Shown: positions 44,537-60,608, counted from the stretch's first letter. The stretch: DNA of 64,000 bases from Eledone cirrhosa (GCA_964016885.1 OZ024749.1:47244001-47308000); one strand, 5' to 3'. Translations and numbers: made by a program. Notes: generated from the sequence alone by a model not told the origin.

Positions 44537-46317
44537 AGTAATACTACTTAGTAAGTTATAGAAAGTATTTTATTAGATTCACAATACAGTAAGACCAGGT
44601 ATCATATAAGAAATGTTTGTCGTAGCATCCCCACACATAGCACAATATCTATAATTAAGGTGCATTATCCTAAATATATTAACTGTATATTTCTTATATA
44701 TGATGTTGTATTATTGCGATTTTCTTACACAAGATGTAATGGGATTTATGTATATGTCTCCATTTCATATGAAGTGGTTTTAACCACACTTGAAAATATG
44801 TTGTTGGTGTAGACATAGTAATTGCACACAATTTGCTGCAGTGAAGAATTTTGAAAATATTGTTTAATTGTTTTCCTTCATAATTTGAAACTTTCATATT
44901 ATAATGAGCCCCTTATGACTATAATTGAAAATCAATAAACTCAGAAACATTTCGATCATCCGCGAACAAAATGTGAGTAAACCACGGAGATCATAATTTA
45001 TTGAAATAGACTGCACAACTTCAAAGAGAAATTTATAAATACAACCGTGTATATTCCTATGAGTAAATAAAGAAGACGTCCTATGGTGTTAATGGCACCA
45101 GAATTATTTTCTATTCAGAATATACTGTACATGTATCTATTAAATCATGAAAAATAGTCATTTTCCTCAATGTTATTCATTCATTAACTCTACAGAGCAT
45201 ATGAAGTGAGATGGAAATTTAATATTTTGAATTATGTTTACGCACAGACGGGAACTTATTTAGATAATTCATAACGAAGCTGTTATTCCCAATGCAGATT
45301 AAAAACTGTCATATATATAATGTATGCGTTCATTCCTTCATTCGAAATTTGATGGTGAAATAAATATTATATTTAAAGGAAAAATATAATAACCTTTTTT
45401 AAGGTTTCTATTCTAATCACTTTTATCTCAGCACATATTTGCGAAGATAAACATGTATTTCATTACTCTGTCAAATGTTCAGCGCGGTTGCACCTGAATA
45501 ACTACATTAAAGTGATAGAAATCCTCTTCCATAAACAAAGATACTTTCTGAAAAATGAAAGGATATATGACTATATAAACACATTTTGTTTACAACAATG
45601 GGTAGCTCTGGTGAGTCCTCACCCCGAGCGGATAAATATTCCGCCTTTTAAAATTCACTCTAATCGATAAGACATACTATGTTTATTTGCAATAAAAAAC
45701 AAGCCTTCCACATAGTCTTCAGGAATGCTTCTCAAATCATGCAGTTAGCCGGCAATTGGAAGCCATTACTATTCATCAGGATAGCCCTCTGATTAAAATG
45801 GAAAATGTCGACATCTACAAGAAATGAAAGTGCATTGTGTGAATATATTTATACATAGGATTCGCTATACATATATTGTTATATATATTAGGAAAATTAC
45901 TGGGAATAATAACTGGGCCATTTCTGCTATTATATTTAGTAGAAAGTTGGTGTGAAATACTCAGCTATTTTTAGAACTTACGAAACAGTGATCAATATAT
46001 AATCTATTTGGCGATTAATCAGATATAGTTGATGTCCGTACATTAGAAAGGTATTTGTATATTTCAATAATATGTGGACAATTTACCACTATGAATGTAA
46101 CTTTAATCATTCTATTAATTAAATATAATATGATAACATCGCTGTCATTTTATTATCTGGTGCCTAATATGCACAAGAATTTGCCATCATAATGAGAGCG
46201 TATGTTACTAATTATTACATCTATTTCTGAGGGGGGTGAAAGTGAAATTTGCACTAACTGCATTTATGGATGATTTAATAACATATAATTCATTTCTAGA
46301 GGTGAGGTGTAGGATGT

Positions 46318-46490
<173 letters not shown>

Positions 46491-46544
46491 ATTTGGTGTA
46501 TGGGTGTGTGTGTGAATACACATGTATATATATATATACACATG

Positions 46545-47010
46545 GACGAATCGTTGGCGACTAAACTGTAAACCCCACCAACCTTTCTTGGTGAGGAGGG
46601 TGACTTTGGACATCCTGCAGGACTAAAAACAAAACCTGTCAAAGGGCAAATGAGCTCTTAAGAGTCAATGGCCATCCAAAATCACCGGGAGATATGACCC
46701 CTTAGCCTTTGTCAAGGCAGAACACTAGGAGAAGGAAAACTCTGATATAACATCTGCAACCCTGATGGTATCCAATGATGTTGGCTTGTTATACTTTTTG
46801 CTAAATATCATCTTGGTTAAGCGAGTGGGACTGGCTTTGTGCAGTGCCTTTGCTCACTATAAAAGCTTCACGGCACAGGCATTACTTTATATCTGGAGAT
46901 CTCTCTTCACTTGTCGTTACATGGTACCATGGGCCCAGCACTATGTGTCAATAAGTGTCACAAGTGTAGTATTTGTACCAGGGTTTTCAAGTCGCTGGCT
47001 TGACTAAAAA
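46545..47010 (+). mobile_element. RTE-type LINE 5'UTR-like non-coding element
   Basis: GC-richer block with CCTGTCAAAGGGC..AGAGTCAATGGCCATCC..CTAGGAGAAGGAAAACTCTGA, recalled from RTE 5'UTRs; no RTE ORF follows. Confidence 0.5.
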
Positions 47011-47106
47011 GTCACATTTGTTCAGTGTGTCGGTAGGGGTTCTCCTACATGAATATAAAGTAGTGGCCGTACTCGAAAACGAGTTGGCAACCACCATATA
47101 TCATAA

Positions 47107-48203
47107 TCTATAAAGCTCAGTGTGTGGTCATGCTCCTTTCTTATAGAAATCTACTATATATAATTTCTTCAATTGAAATTTACAAATCAGTATTAAAAAT
47201 AGCTTCGATTGCGTCTTGGCATAGATAATTGTTTCAATTTGACCCACAATTACGCAACAAATAGATAAAACTCAATATTTTACGATTTTTCTCTGTCATT
47301 TAAACTGCTAAACTCTTTCCACTACCATTCAAAATCTATACAACTTCATACTTTCTGCTACTTTCTCCTTCCAAACTTGATGGTGATACTGTCCGATTTA
47401 CGCTCTCATATCATCTGCTCACCTCTATCTACAACCCACACATTTTGTACTTTCTCTGTTATACTTCAAACTTACTGATTTATTTCTAAACGCATACAAA
47501 CACACACTCACTTCAAAACATTTATTCAACAAAAAGCGATAAATCTTTTTTAAAACCTCTTTTCCAAACGCATACAAACACACACTCACTTCAACAACAA
47601 CAACAGCAATATGCCTTTTATAGATAATGATAAAAAAGAATATCCTCTATGAGGTCAATAAACCTGCTACAAACAGCAGCTAACTCTCCCCCATACCACA
47701 CCCCTCCCTAATGTCTTAAATTTAGAAAACATATCTTCTATGAGGTCACTAAACCAGCTAGAAACAGCAGCTAACTCTCCCCCAAATCACACCACTCCAT
47801 ACTGTCTTAAATTTAGAAAACACATATCCTCTATGAGGTCACTAAACCTGCTAGAAACAACATCTAACTCTCCCTCATATCTCAACCCTTCCTGCTGTCT
47901 TAAATTTAGAAAACACACAGACAACCATGCAGAACAACTCCGTCGCAACTCTGTTGTTCCGTTGGCATCGACTACGCGCGTGTTGAGCAAGTACTGTGAA
48001 ACAACAAATTTCAACACTTTTTTGCATAGAGATAATATCCATAGGCGAAACTACAATTGTCACTGTTGGCGCAGCTCCTGCTTCCAGGTCTGCTATTCAT
48101 TCACCCAGTGCCAGGCAGACAAAAAGGTGCTGCCATACAATGGGTGGTGCAACCGAACTTTGGTAACTTAATGACCCCGAGCAACGCCGGGCTTTAATGC
48201 TAG
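47107..48203 (+). mobile_element. Non-autonomous Helitron
   Basis: 5' A|TCTATAAAGC (alternative TC at 47101); 3' GC-rich hairpin CCCGAGCAACGCCGGG, then CTAG|T at 48200-48204; no TSD. Confidence 0.75.
47640..47916 (+). repeat. Three tandem ~92-bp units inside the Helitron
   Basis: ATATCCTCTATGAGGTCA..GTCTTAAATTTAGAAAAC units start at 47640, 47731 and 47824. Confidence 0.9.
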
Positions 48204-48273
48204 TACACATATATATGTATATCTATATAAACGACTTGAGATCTGCCGTAGGGGTCTTGCATCCTTTCCTATA

Positions 48274-48350
<77 letters not shown>

Positions 48351-48382
48351 AAATGTGTGTGTAAATGTGTGTCATATATTTT

Positions 48383-48617
48383 TGGGTAAAATTGAGATAG
48401 ATGTATCTATACATAGATATATACATATCTGTTTATACATAGAGAGCACTCTCTTTTCCTTTACTTTTCCTACGGAAATTCTTCATTTATATATATATAT
48501 ATACATGTAAATGAAGTATTTCCGTAGGAAAGGTAAAGGAAAAGAGAGTGCTCTCTATATATATATACAGATATGTATATATATATGTATAGATACATCT
48601 ATTTCTATTTTACTCAA
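48383..48617. repeat. ~105-bp inverted repeat around TA/CATG centre
   Basis: AGAGAGCACTCTCTTTTCCTTTAC..CTTCATTTA versus TAAATGAAG..GTAAAGGAAAAGAGAGTGCTCTCT. Confidence 0.85.
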
Positions 48618-48672
48618 ACATGTATGTACACGCATTTACGCACACACATACACACATACCTATATGTATATA

Positions 48673-48767
<95 letters not shown>

Positions 48768-49494
48768 GAGGAGAGTTGTTATTTCAAAATAATATATGAA
48801 GTGAACATATGTTGCATAGCAAAAATTATTCTAGGAATATTGTACACTCTTCTGCAAGGACAAATATATAACTATTATTATTATTTCCCTTTTCATGTAT
48901 TAATTGAAATATATTGATATAACGCACTTTATTCACTATGAAGTTGTTTTCTTTGTTTTCTTTAATATGAATAGGCATAATTAAATCGTAATAAATATAG
49001 TTACAACGGTACATATATAACATCATAACATGCTAATGTACATTATACTCGACACTAATTTAAAATTGTAATCATTGTTCATGAGCACTTCTATAAGGGT
49101 GTTGTTGAATTGATAATTATAGATGGTGTGTCAGGGTATATAATGAAAGAATAAAAAAAAATTACAGAAACATCCATACATGACAATGGGATAATTGGTG
49201 AGCATTTGATATATCTATTAATATATATATATATATATATGTCATGAAAGTTTGTTTACATGAGCGTACATGTGTGCAGCACATCATTTTGTTTCATACA
49301 GGTTCATGTTTATTCCTATACGTTTATTTCAGTTTTTTCTCCTGAATGAGCAATTGATGCATAAAAACCTTGAAGGTATTTATAGAATATTTATAGGATT
49401 GGTTATGAGTGATATACTAGAGAATATTTCTCTATACAAGAAAATAATTCAATATATTCAGTCCATGTGGGATGCGGAGAAAAATATTATATAT

Positions 49495-49659
49495 AATTGT
49501 TTCTACATTTGGCACACGGCCAGCAATTACACACTGCATTACTGGTACTTTATTTTATCGACCCCCGTAAGGATGAAAGGCAAAGTTAACCTCGGCGAGA
49601 TTTGGACTCAGAATGACAAGGGCCGTAACTCTATGCGTCAATTCATGGCGTCCAACCCT
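49495..49659 (-). mobile_element. SINE (same family)
   Basis: Consensus match, 5'-truncated. Confidence 0.9.
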
Positions 49660-50482
49660 AGATATAGATAGATAGGTCGACATATACATGGGCATGTAGA
49701 GAGACAGTCATACTGGCATGTAGACAGAGAGATCGATATTGTTTCGTTATTAGTAGTTTGCTCTTATTTGTGTCAATATATATTTACAGATCCACCGATT
49801 ATTTGTTCAGGATCGGGTACCCTACTATTCAACTGTGTAACTTGACCTTTGAAAATATTTCCGGGATATACTTGAATATGTTCCTATTTCGTTAACCAAT
49901 ATATATTTCCATTTCTATAATGATGTTCTATAAAACTACAGTAGATGAATTATGGATGTTTATACAGTGGTGAGGATAATAATTCCTGAAGGATCCGTTT
50001 GCCAGAGAAACTTAGGGTTCCATGGTACTCGTTTTTAGGCAATGTAATTCTGAGGTACACTTTTGCCAATACTTCAATAGAAATACGTTAAACATAATTA
50101 ATATGTCGTATACTTCCATTTTTATAATGAATATTTATTTTTATTAATCCTACCTCGATTATATTAGATTTTTTATAAATGTATAAAATCGATATTTCCA
50201 TTCCTGAAAGTGCCGCAAAATAGTTGGAATATTTAGAAAAATTAAAACAGTAATATTACTGATGCAATATGACTTACAACACATGGGAGCCATTTAAAAA
50301 AAAAAATATATAGTAATATAATTATATAATAAGCAATCCATATATTCCCTATTCGATACGTGGGACAGTATGATAGTCACATTATTTTTCAAATTCCCTC
50401 AGGATCTCTTCGCTCTCTCAACTAACCACCGGCAAATTATGCTACGAAACACAGGCCGCCACACACACACACATACACACAC

Positions 50483-50538
<56 letters not shown>

Positions 50539-50541
<3 letters not shown>

Positions 50542-51031
50542 GATAAATCTACCAAAATGTACGGTAGTGTCCAATCCGTATGAAGAACTCAATGTAATCC
50601 GAATATCATGAAAAGAGAAGATGTATTCAAACATTTTTTTTTCGATGAAGAATACAGGAAAACAGAGTCAAGATAAATTAATAAAAATAATTAATAAAAA
50701 CAAAGAAACAGTTCCTTATATTAAAAAACTCATCCTTTTACGATCGTTTCTGCGATATATATGTTTGCGTTGGTATGTATATCATATAGATCTATGTAAA
50801 ATGTTTACAAACTATCAGAGGGAATATACATACCTACACATATATATGCTGTCTTCAGCATATATATGTGTAGGTATGTATATTCCCTCTGATAGTTTGT
50901 AAACATTTTACATAGATCTATATGATATACATACCAACGCAAACATATATATCGCAGAAACGATCGTAAAAGGATGAGTTTTTTTAATATGAGGAACTGT
51001 TTCTTTGTTTTTATTCATTATTTTTATTAAT
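50539..51031 (-). mobile_element. Family C insert: ~175-bp palindrome folding back in the HHR core
   Basis: Arms about 50677-50851 / 50856-51031; centre GCTG TCTT CAGC, where TCTTCAG is the reverse complement of CTGAAGA; GAAACGATCGTA in both arms. Confidence 0.9.
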
Positions 51032-51169
51032 GTATATATATATATGTATATATAAGCAAAGGGATACTTAATTTGTTGGTAATTCAACAAATATATATAT
51101 ATATATATTTATAACAGATTCGAAGCACTTCACAAGTCTTCTCGAGTATAATATCAATGATATTAATAT

Positions 51170-51647
<478 letters not shown>

Positions 51648-51648
51648 G

Positions 51649-51797
<149 letters not shown>

Positions 51798-52290
51798 TGT
51801 ATGTGTGTGTTGTGTATGTGTGTGTGCGTGTGTGTGTATTCGTGTTGCATATAGAAGGAGTAGTATGAAATCATTTCTTTTAAGATTGTGCGTCACTCGA
51901 GACATACACGTCTAACATGTTTTAAGTGTACATTCAATGTGTATGTGGGTGTGTATTCATACTTTACCATTTGGCATTCTAGTGTCTATGTCGAAATGGG
52001 TTTAATGAATATGCGTTTAATTTCAACATTTTCCTACCATATATGATTGATTGACGAAATTATTTTGTAGAGATTATTTAATTGCTAGCCTTTAATTATT
52101 AGGTAACATAACATAATGTTTATGAACTTTTAAACAATATTATTGCATGCAAACAAATTAAATTGATCCTCGTGGAATTTAATTTCTCTGTTACGTTGTT
52201 AAAAAGTTGTTATATATTTTCGTTCCTATTACAATGCATAAAACAGTTTCGACACTTAAATGTTGATTTAATAGTATATAGCAGATAATG

Positions 52291-52671
52291 ATTGTTTCTA
52301 CTGTTGGCAAAAGGCCAGTAATTTTTCAGTGTATTACTGGTACTTTATTTTATCGTCGCCGTAAGGATGAAAAGTAAAGTTAACATCGGCGGAATTTGAA
52401 CTCAGTCCGTAAAGGGACGTAACAGTGCTGCAGATCATGATGTCCGACCCTCTACCGATACTGCCATGCCACCGCCATATGGCATATACTAATTGTTTCT
52501 ACTTTTGGCACAAGCCCAGCAAATACCCAGTGCATTACTGGTACTTTATTTTATCGACCCCGTAAGGATGAACGGCAAAGTTAACGTCGCCGGGATTTGA
52601 ACTCGGAATGGCAAGGGCCGTAACTCTATGCGTTAAAGAATGGCGTCCGACCCTCTACCGATACTGCCAAT
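52291..52671 (-). mobile_element. Two tandem SINE copies (52291-52477, 52491-52671)
   Basis: Both match the reverse-complement consensus. Confidence 0.93.
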
Positions 52672-53961
52672 CTAGGCAGATAATAATGCATGGAAAATAT
52701 ACATTTGTCTTATGCCACTGACAACGCAGTTTTATGTCTGAGATTAATGTTATCGTACGATTGTCTAAATTATGATAATTTGCGTCCAAGTGAAGTAATA
52801 ACGAAACTAAAGATTGCTGACTTTGTTTTTGCGACATTACAGTGTCTGTTTATCAACAATATATAATCAGCACATTGAATTCAAGCACATGGGGAAATAT
52901 CAATAACGCCGATAATATTGCTGCAAGTATATGCTTCTGCATATAACTCAGGATATATCACAGTTACATTTAAATTATTTCCTTTAAACATTTAGTGAGA
53001 GCATTGTGAGCTGAATATTAACATGGCAATTGAAGAATTTCTTCTGTAGTTTTATGATGACGTTAAAGAAATAGTGGACTCACTGCTTAATATCTTTCGC
53101 TCGACATGTACATGAATAACCGGCATTTGGATTTAAAAAAATAAACGTTGTATGATAGTCTGACAAGCGAGATGTTCAGACTACCAATATACATATCTGT
53201 GACAGTTATTTGAATACTTACTATTTATTATTGTTCCCTAGTACTTAACATTGACCTCATGCGTTGAGTCTATTTCAATTTAGTATACCTGTACGGAAAT
53301 ATTTAGAAAACCTAATTAATATAGGACGTAAATAAATATGATGATTATTAGATAGGTTCACTTCATCAAAAAAGTCGCAAATAAGCTGTTAATATTAAAC
53401 CTTTATATTGGGACAAGCAAATCCTTATAGTAAACGATAGTTCTTGCAAGCAGCTGAGTGAAATGGAAGGGTGGGAGACTGTATATAAAAAAGGTGCCTC
53501 AACCATAATTTATTAGCGTAGAAGACGATGAATTGCATAGGTTCTCATGCAATTTGTAACAAGCAATTAAATCAAATGGATAAGTGTTACATTATTTTAA
53601 TAAATATCTAATGAGAAGCAATATATAAAATACAATATCAGATTGTATATATTAAGTACGTCAACACTTATAATCATTTCTGAATTGGATATGCTTGTAT
53701 ATTATGCAAGGTAGAGGAGTTTGGTCAACGCATCTTTATTGTAATCGATGTTACTCACATTAGTATTCCTGTACTACAAGGAAGCGTTGCACTATATGCT
53801 GGAAATCGTATCTCATGCAATGGATATGTCATATAATCTGATTATTTCTCTTATACACATGATATAACACATTGCAATTAATTATATATTCTAGAGTGTT
53901 TTATATACATATGCATTTTTTCAAACTCTACCTTCGAGGAAGGGAATCCATTAAATGAAAT

Positions 53962-54130
53962 TAATAGTTTCTAGTTTAGACACAAGGCCAGCAATTACTG
54001 GTACTTTATTTTATCGACCCCGTAAGGATGAATGGCAAAGTTAACCTCGGCGGGATTTGAACTCAGAATGGCAAGGGCCGTAATTATATGCGTCAAAGCA
54101 TGGCGTCCGACCTTCTACCAATACTGCCAA
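53962..54130 (-). mobile_element. SINE (same family)
   Basis: Consensus match; TSD TGAAATTAAT. Confidence 0.93.
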
Positions 54131-54348
54131 TTGAAATTAATGTTAATTAATTGACGATCAGACTACATAATAACGATTAGACGGATGATTAAGATTCGGA
54201 TATATTCTCCTGGCTATGTGTTAATATGGCTTAATGGCGTTTAACGTATTGCAGAGACTGATTCCCTAAATTATTATCCACAAATGCCAATAAATATGTA
54301 TGCTATCAAAACATTCTGTAGATATATAAATGTTGGACATTATTTGGT

Positions 54349-54724
54349 GTGGTGGATTGGCAGTATCGGTAGAGGGTCGGACACAATGCTTTCCAGCATA
54401 GTTAAGTCCCTTTACGATCTGAGTTCAAATCCCGCCGAGGTTGACTTTACCTTTCATCCTTACGAGGTCGATAAAATAAAGTACCAGTAATGCACTGGGT
54501 ATTTGCTGGCCTTGTGCCTAAATTAGAAACAATTATTTGGTGAATTCGCAGTGTCTCGGTAGAGGTTTTGACGCCATGCTTTCTAGCATAGCTACTTCCC
54601 TTCACGTTCTGAGTTCAAATCCTGTCGAAGTTAACTTTGCCTTTCATCCTTATAGGGTCGATAATATAAAGTAACAGTAATGTAATGGGTAATTGTGGGC
54701 CTTGTGCCAAAGGTAGAAACAATT
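54349..54724 (+). mobile_element. Two tandem SINE copies (54349-54533, 54539-54724)
   Basis: TSD ATTATTTGGTG of the first copy overlaps the head of the second. Confidence 0.93.
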
Positions 54725-55670
54725 ATTTATCTATATTGCATACATATATATCTGGATGTATAGTGTGTTGTTTGACACTTATAATATACACGCGCATATT
54801 TATTAAAGAACGCAAATGTGAGAGCGGTCGTGTCAGTAAGCATTTGATAAGGACTCTAATTCATTCGCAAAATACTACACTTCAGCAAGTTTATCGCGCA
54901 GAAACTTCCACCAAATGCTCATTAATTCTAGCTAGCAATTTCAGTAATGGCTCGCAAATGTTAATCTATTGACGAATGTGAAATACAGTGAGGAAACATA
55001 AACTCTTGGAAAAAGATGAACATTTTACTCATGATTATGGTGTTGTTGCTCTTTGTGTTAATGGTGCTACTGTTATGGAAAGACGGGAGAGGATTGTCTC
55101 AAATTCGAGTGATGTTAATGCTGATGAAATGTCGTGATAATTACGAGGGTGAGGACTACCCGGAATATGAATACAGGTGTAATGATGATGTTAATGGGGA
55201 GTAGAACATGCATCAGGTTCATGATAATTGTAAATGCTGTGGTCATGTTGTCGATGATGATGAAAAGTATAGGAAGAAGAAATGGTGAAGGGGTTGTTGG
55301 TTTTGGTTTTCAAGTTTGAGATGATAATTATCGTGATAATCAGAAACAAATTTATGATAAAAGAAGTTTAACAAATATCTGCTAAATTAAATAGCTAAGT
55401 GCTAAACATATAAAAAAAAGAAGAACATGGAAAATCATAGCCAGTGGGATTTCAATTACACGAAGAAAAATATTGCGCAGAACTATGTTGATAATTTCAT
55501 TCTATTCCAAAGACTTAGACAATAGAATTAATGATATTCTGCAGGCCAATTCCGACAGAACAATGCAAGGTTTCAAGAATAGGAGTTACATTTTCTATTT
55601 GACTGCAAGCAGCAACATTTTTTTCTGTTCCATTCTTATCTCTTCTTTCAGCATCACAAATGTATCTGTT

Positions 55671-55718
55671 AATAATAACAACAATAATAACAACAACAAC
55701 AGCAACAACAACACCAAC

Positions 55719-55752
<34 letters not shown>

Positions 55753-55773
55753 GTAGTAATAATAATAGTAACA

Positions 55774-55841
<68 letters not shown>

Positions 55842-56020
55842 ATCAATAATATTAATTACAATAGTAATAATAATAATGATAATAATATTCGTAATAATTA
55901 TAATAATAATTGTTTCTACTTTTGGCACAAGGTCAGCACTTATCCAAGCACATTACTGGTACTTTATTTTAATAATAATAATAGCAATAATAGTAATATA
56001 TAATTATAATGATAATAATA
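55671..56020. repeat. (AAT/AAC)n microsatellite with embedded SINE 3' fragment (55908-55970, minus)
   Basis: Read directly; the poly-N/I/L ORFs here are artefacts. Confidence 0.9.
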
Positions 56021-56716
56021 AAGGGGATTATGATGATATGATAAAAAGAACGATAGGAGTAATGATTTAGTGCAATAAGTGGCATTAACATTAACGCTCT
56101 TACCATTAACTATAACATCATCATTAATACAATCATAGCAACAACCACCATACTCACAATCAGCTTAAACAGCAATGCTACCATCCCGACAATAACATAA
56201 TCAGTAACATCAGTAGCACTGGCTGCATAAATAGTATCAATCACTAGCAGAAACACCACCATTCGGATGGTTTTATGCTAGCATGTGTAGTGTGCATATT
56301 GATGTTATACACATGTATATATGTAGATATGAAACATCAAATAAAATCGTGATTGGCAATATACACAGAAATTGAACGAACAATGTGTTACAATGCCTTA
56401 TGTAATCAGTAACGTAATCCATGATACATAAAACAAGACTATATTATATATAATCGTCATTAGGAGAAAATTAGTGACGGGAATATATGAATGTTTATTT
56501 ACACGATCGCTAACCGGAAGTGTTGACATTTAAAAATATTAAAGAAGTGAATCTTAAAATAAGCGACACTATTATTTATAATTAATCAAGAATAACGAAA
56601 TTTACTACATAAATTAGGTAATATTTATTCATTATTTATTTAGTCATCCAAATTACTTTATTATAGTTTAGATTAATCACTCCCGTTATTTTTAATATGA
56701 GCAACTTAAAATGCAC

Positions 56717-56789
<73 letters not shown>
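56717..56789. repeat. (AGT)n microsatellite
   Basis: Read directly. Confidence 0.95.
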
Positions 56790-57333
56790 TCGTTAATATC
56801 AACTGTGTTATGTCAGATGACAAAAATATTGAAAATAACGTCAGGACCTAAATTCTGGAAAAAGAATAAAGACTGTGAATCAGACAACTACTTGTAGTGA
56901 ATTAAACATTTTGGTTGATATTAATCGATATTTCTGTTCCCTCCATCGAATTATATTAATATATTTGGTGCCTAACGCCTGTCTAATTCAAACGGATTTT
57001 CACTTATTAAATTTGACAGAAAGTATCCGGGGTGAAACAAAGCTGTATATATTATACAGTGCAATTTCTTTGAAGTATTTAAGAGACTATTTAATCTGTG
57101 AAACAAAGAGAAGATGGCGACATATTGTTTGCTGACTTTTTTCTATTGAGATAGGTGTATCCATTTTCTATTAAAACTACAACTCTTACAACTACAACTA
57201 GAGCTACCATACAACTTAGAATATATAATATATTTACAGCAATCCTGAGTGAAATACAAGCACTTACAAACACACACGCACACGCACACACACACACAAA
57301 TATATATATATATATATATATGTGCATGTGTAT

Positions 57334-57397
<64 letters not shown>

Positions 57398-58459
57398 GAG
57401 ATATATATAGATGGGAAGATAGAGTGGGAGAGAGGCGTAGAGAGAAAAGTTTAAAAGGGAGAGGAATAATTTGATTCGCAGTAAAAAGAAATAGAAGCAA
57501 GTCTTTGTTTAATTTGCTAGACGCGTCAAGCCACAAAATTGCTCATTTATAAAACAGATGAAAGGTTTCAACAAAACTAGTGAGTTTGATTGTTGAAGCC
57601 TTTTCTTTGCAAGACGTTCTAAAAATTATTGCAAACGTAGCAGATGCTGGTGAAAGATCTGATACGTACGTATGTCCAGGCAGGGTTTGGTAATTTCATC
57701 CATTGAAATTGTTCAGAGTTGATTGCGGTATGTGTTTTCGAGGTTTATCCTAAAAGATTGGAGTATATCTCTTGACCAATGCAGAACATATACAGTTGCT
57801 TTGATTCAGAAACTTACACTGGGTTAGTCCCACCAATCTGTAGACATATTCTCCAAAGTTATTCTCAAAAGCGTTGTATATAAAAACATTCTCTATATGA
57901 ATCCGTATTTGTTTTCATATCCTCTCATATATTTCACATGACATAATGAATAATACAATATATAAAGATTCCTGCCCTTCAGTTAAGAAATGTGTCATCA
58001 TCTGCCTTAATGTTTGCTGAAATTTACTTTAACTAAATCATTATATATATATTTCTTATATTTGGGGAGGGCCTTACATCGCCGCTATTATTCATATTAT
58101 ATTTGAAAAGTATACATCCAAAAGCTGCAAAATCCAGTTAAGGATTGACAAATGTATATATCTATGTATGCATACATGTATGTATAAACCTCACCCTAGT
58201 TCGCATATAAGGAGAAATCAATACTTCAATATTGGACTTTAATCCTGACTCTAGAGGTTAGGCTTACCGGATTAGTTTCTACGATCCTGTTAGCAAAACC
58301 AAACTAATATAACTTCTTAAAAGCAATGTATAAAGCCAATGCACTATACTACTCTTCTATTATATACAAACACACGGAACAAAATATATATGCATACATA
58401 TATATATATACATGATACGTACCCCCCCCCCCCCCACATATATATATATATATATATAT

Positions 58460-58920
<461 letters not shown>

Positions 58921-60397
58921 CATTCTTGGTACTTTTCAGTGACTGTTGTATGGCTGAATAAATCTCATACGTTACATACAATGAAACATCACCATACGTG
59001 TTTAAGACAAATAAACACACTCACATACACAAGCATATCAAATATTTGCATTTACCTTTTATTTTCTCTTTGCTGTAAATATATAACTTTTATGCATTCC
59101 TGTATCTACATATATATCTTTATGCACGACTGTATTTTGTCATAAACATATTTCTACATATCACAGTTTTTTTTATTGTTAGTTCTATAATCTCTTTACA
59201 TTAGTACCGTTTTACTTATGAATTTACCACTACAACTCTGTACTTTAGCATTCCGTTCTATGCCCCTACATCTTCTCCCCATATTGCTGACGTTCATGGC
59301 TCTTAACAATGTTGCATATCGATACTGTTTGCTATATACTGTGTAAAAATTCTTACATACAAGAAGTATAGAGACTTAGGTGTTCTATGAAAACATTTTT
59401 GTTTTAATTACATATAAGGACAACCTCAATAAATGTATATATATATAATGCAAATTACAAAAACATGCAGTGAATACCAATACGTAATCTTTAGGGCATG
59501 GTTTCTCCTAGGGATACAATATAAACTCGTTTTATTTCATTTACAAATTGAATTAAATATTCAATAAAATTCCAAATGAATTGTTATATATTAAACATGG
59601 ACACAGATCTGTTCACACCGGTCGAATATCAATTTATTTAGAATTTTTTCATCCGTAATAGTAGAAACATAAAGACAGTGGAAAAATGATCAGATATATG
59701 CACTAAATAAACCTTGTAGCAGAATTGGTATCTAAACGGTGCCAACTCACGTGTGCTATATTTTTACATTCACCTTATTTTCACACGTTACAAAGTGGAA
59801 ATATCCTCGCCATAATGGAATATATATACACGCACACACATATATATATACACACATTTATATATATATATATATATATGTGTATCATTTGTAGTAGTTA
59901 ATCATTGCCGTTGGAAATAGAATTCCGAATCTATAACAGTTTTTATTTTGTTGGAGGATATCTTTATATAAGTAACTTGTATGTTATTATAACATCAGAC
60001 ACATATATAAAACCCCAGTATAAAACATTTAATTCCATTACCGATAAAATAAGATGTTTGACACATGTAACAGAAATATGTAATTCATGTATTAATCGAC
60101 ATAGGCAGCTATATGCCTAGATTTATGAACTTTTCTTTATATATAAAAATACAGACTCACACACATATATATATATATATGTGAGTGTATGTGTGTGTGT
60201 GTATGTATATATTTACTGAGAGAGTGTGATAAAGAGTATTCATCTAAAGGAAAATGAATTGTAATATCACAGTACAATGTTCTGTCTAGGAATAGAATGC
60301 CATTTTCAAATTGAAATATATGAAATGCACAAGTCATTGATGTGCATGCATCTATTATATATATATATATATATATGTGTGTGTTTAAAAAAAAATG

Positions 60398-60503
<106 letters not shown>

Positions 60504-60577
60504 TAAAGGAAAAGAAAAAAAAATGTTATTCCTCATAATCGTCTCTTTCTCCCTGTTTTCATATATATATATATATA

Positions 60578-60608
<31 letters not shown>

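Noticed and set aside
47640-47916. CRISPR-like array
   Set aside because: Units are contiguous near-identical repeats without unique spacers; eukaryotic context; no cas genes
57812-57845. Minus-strand 20-nt microexon with GTAAGT donor
   Set aside because: Poor pyrimidine tract and no supporting neighbouring exons
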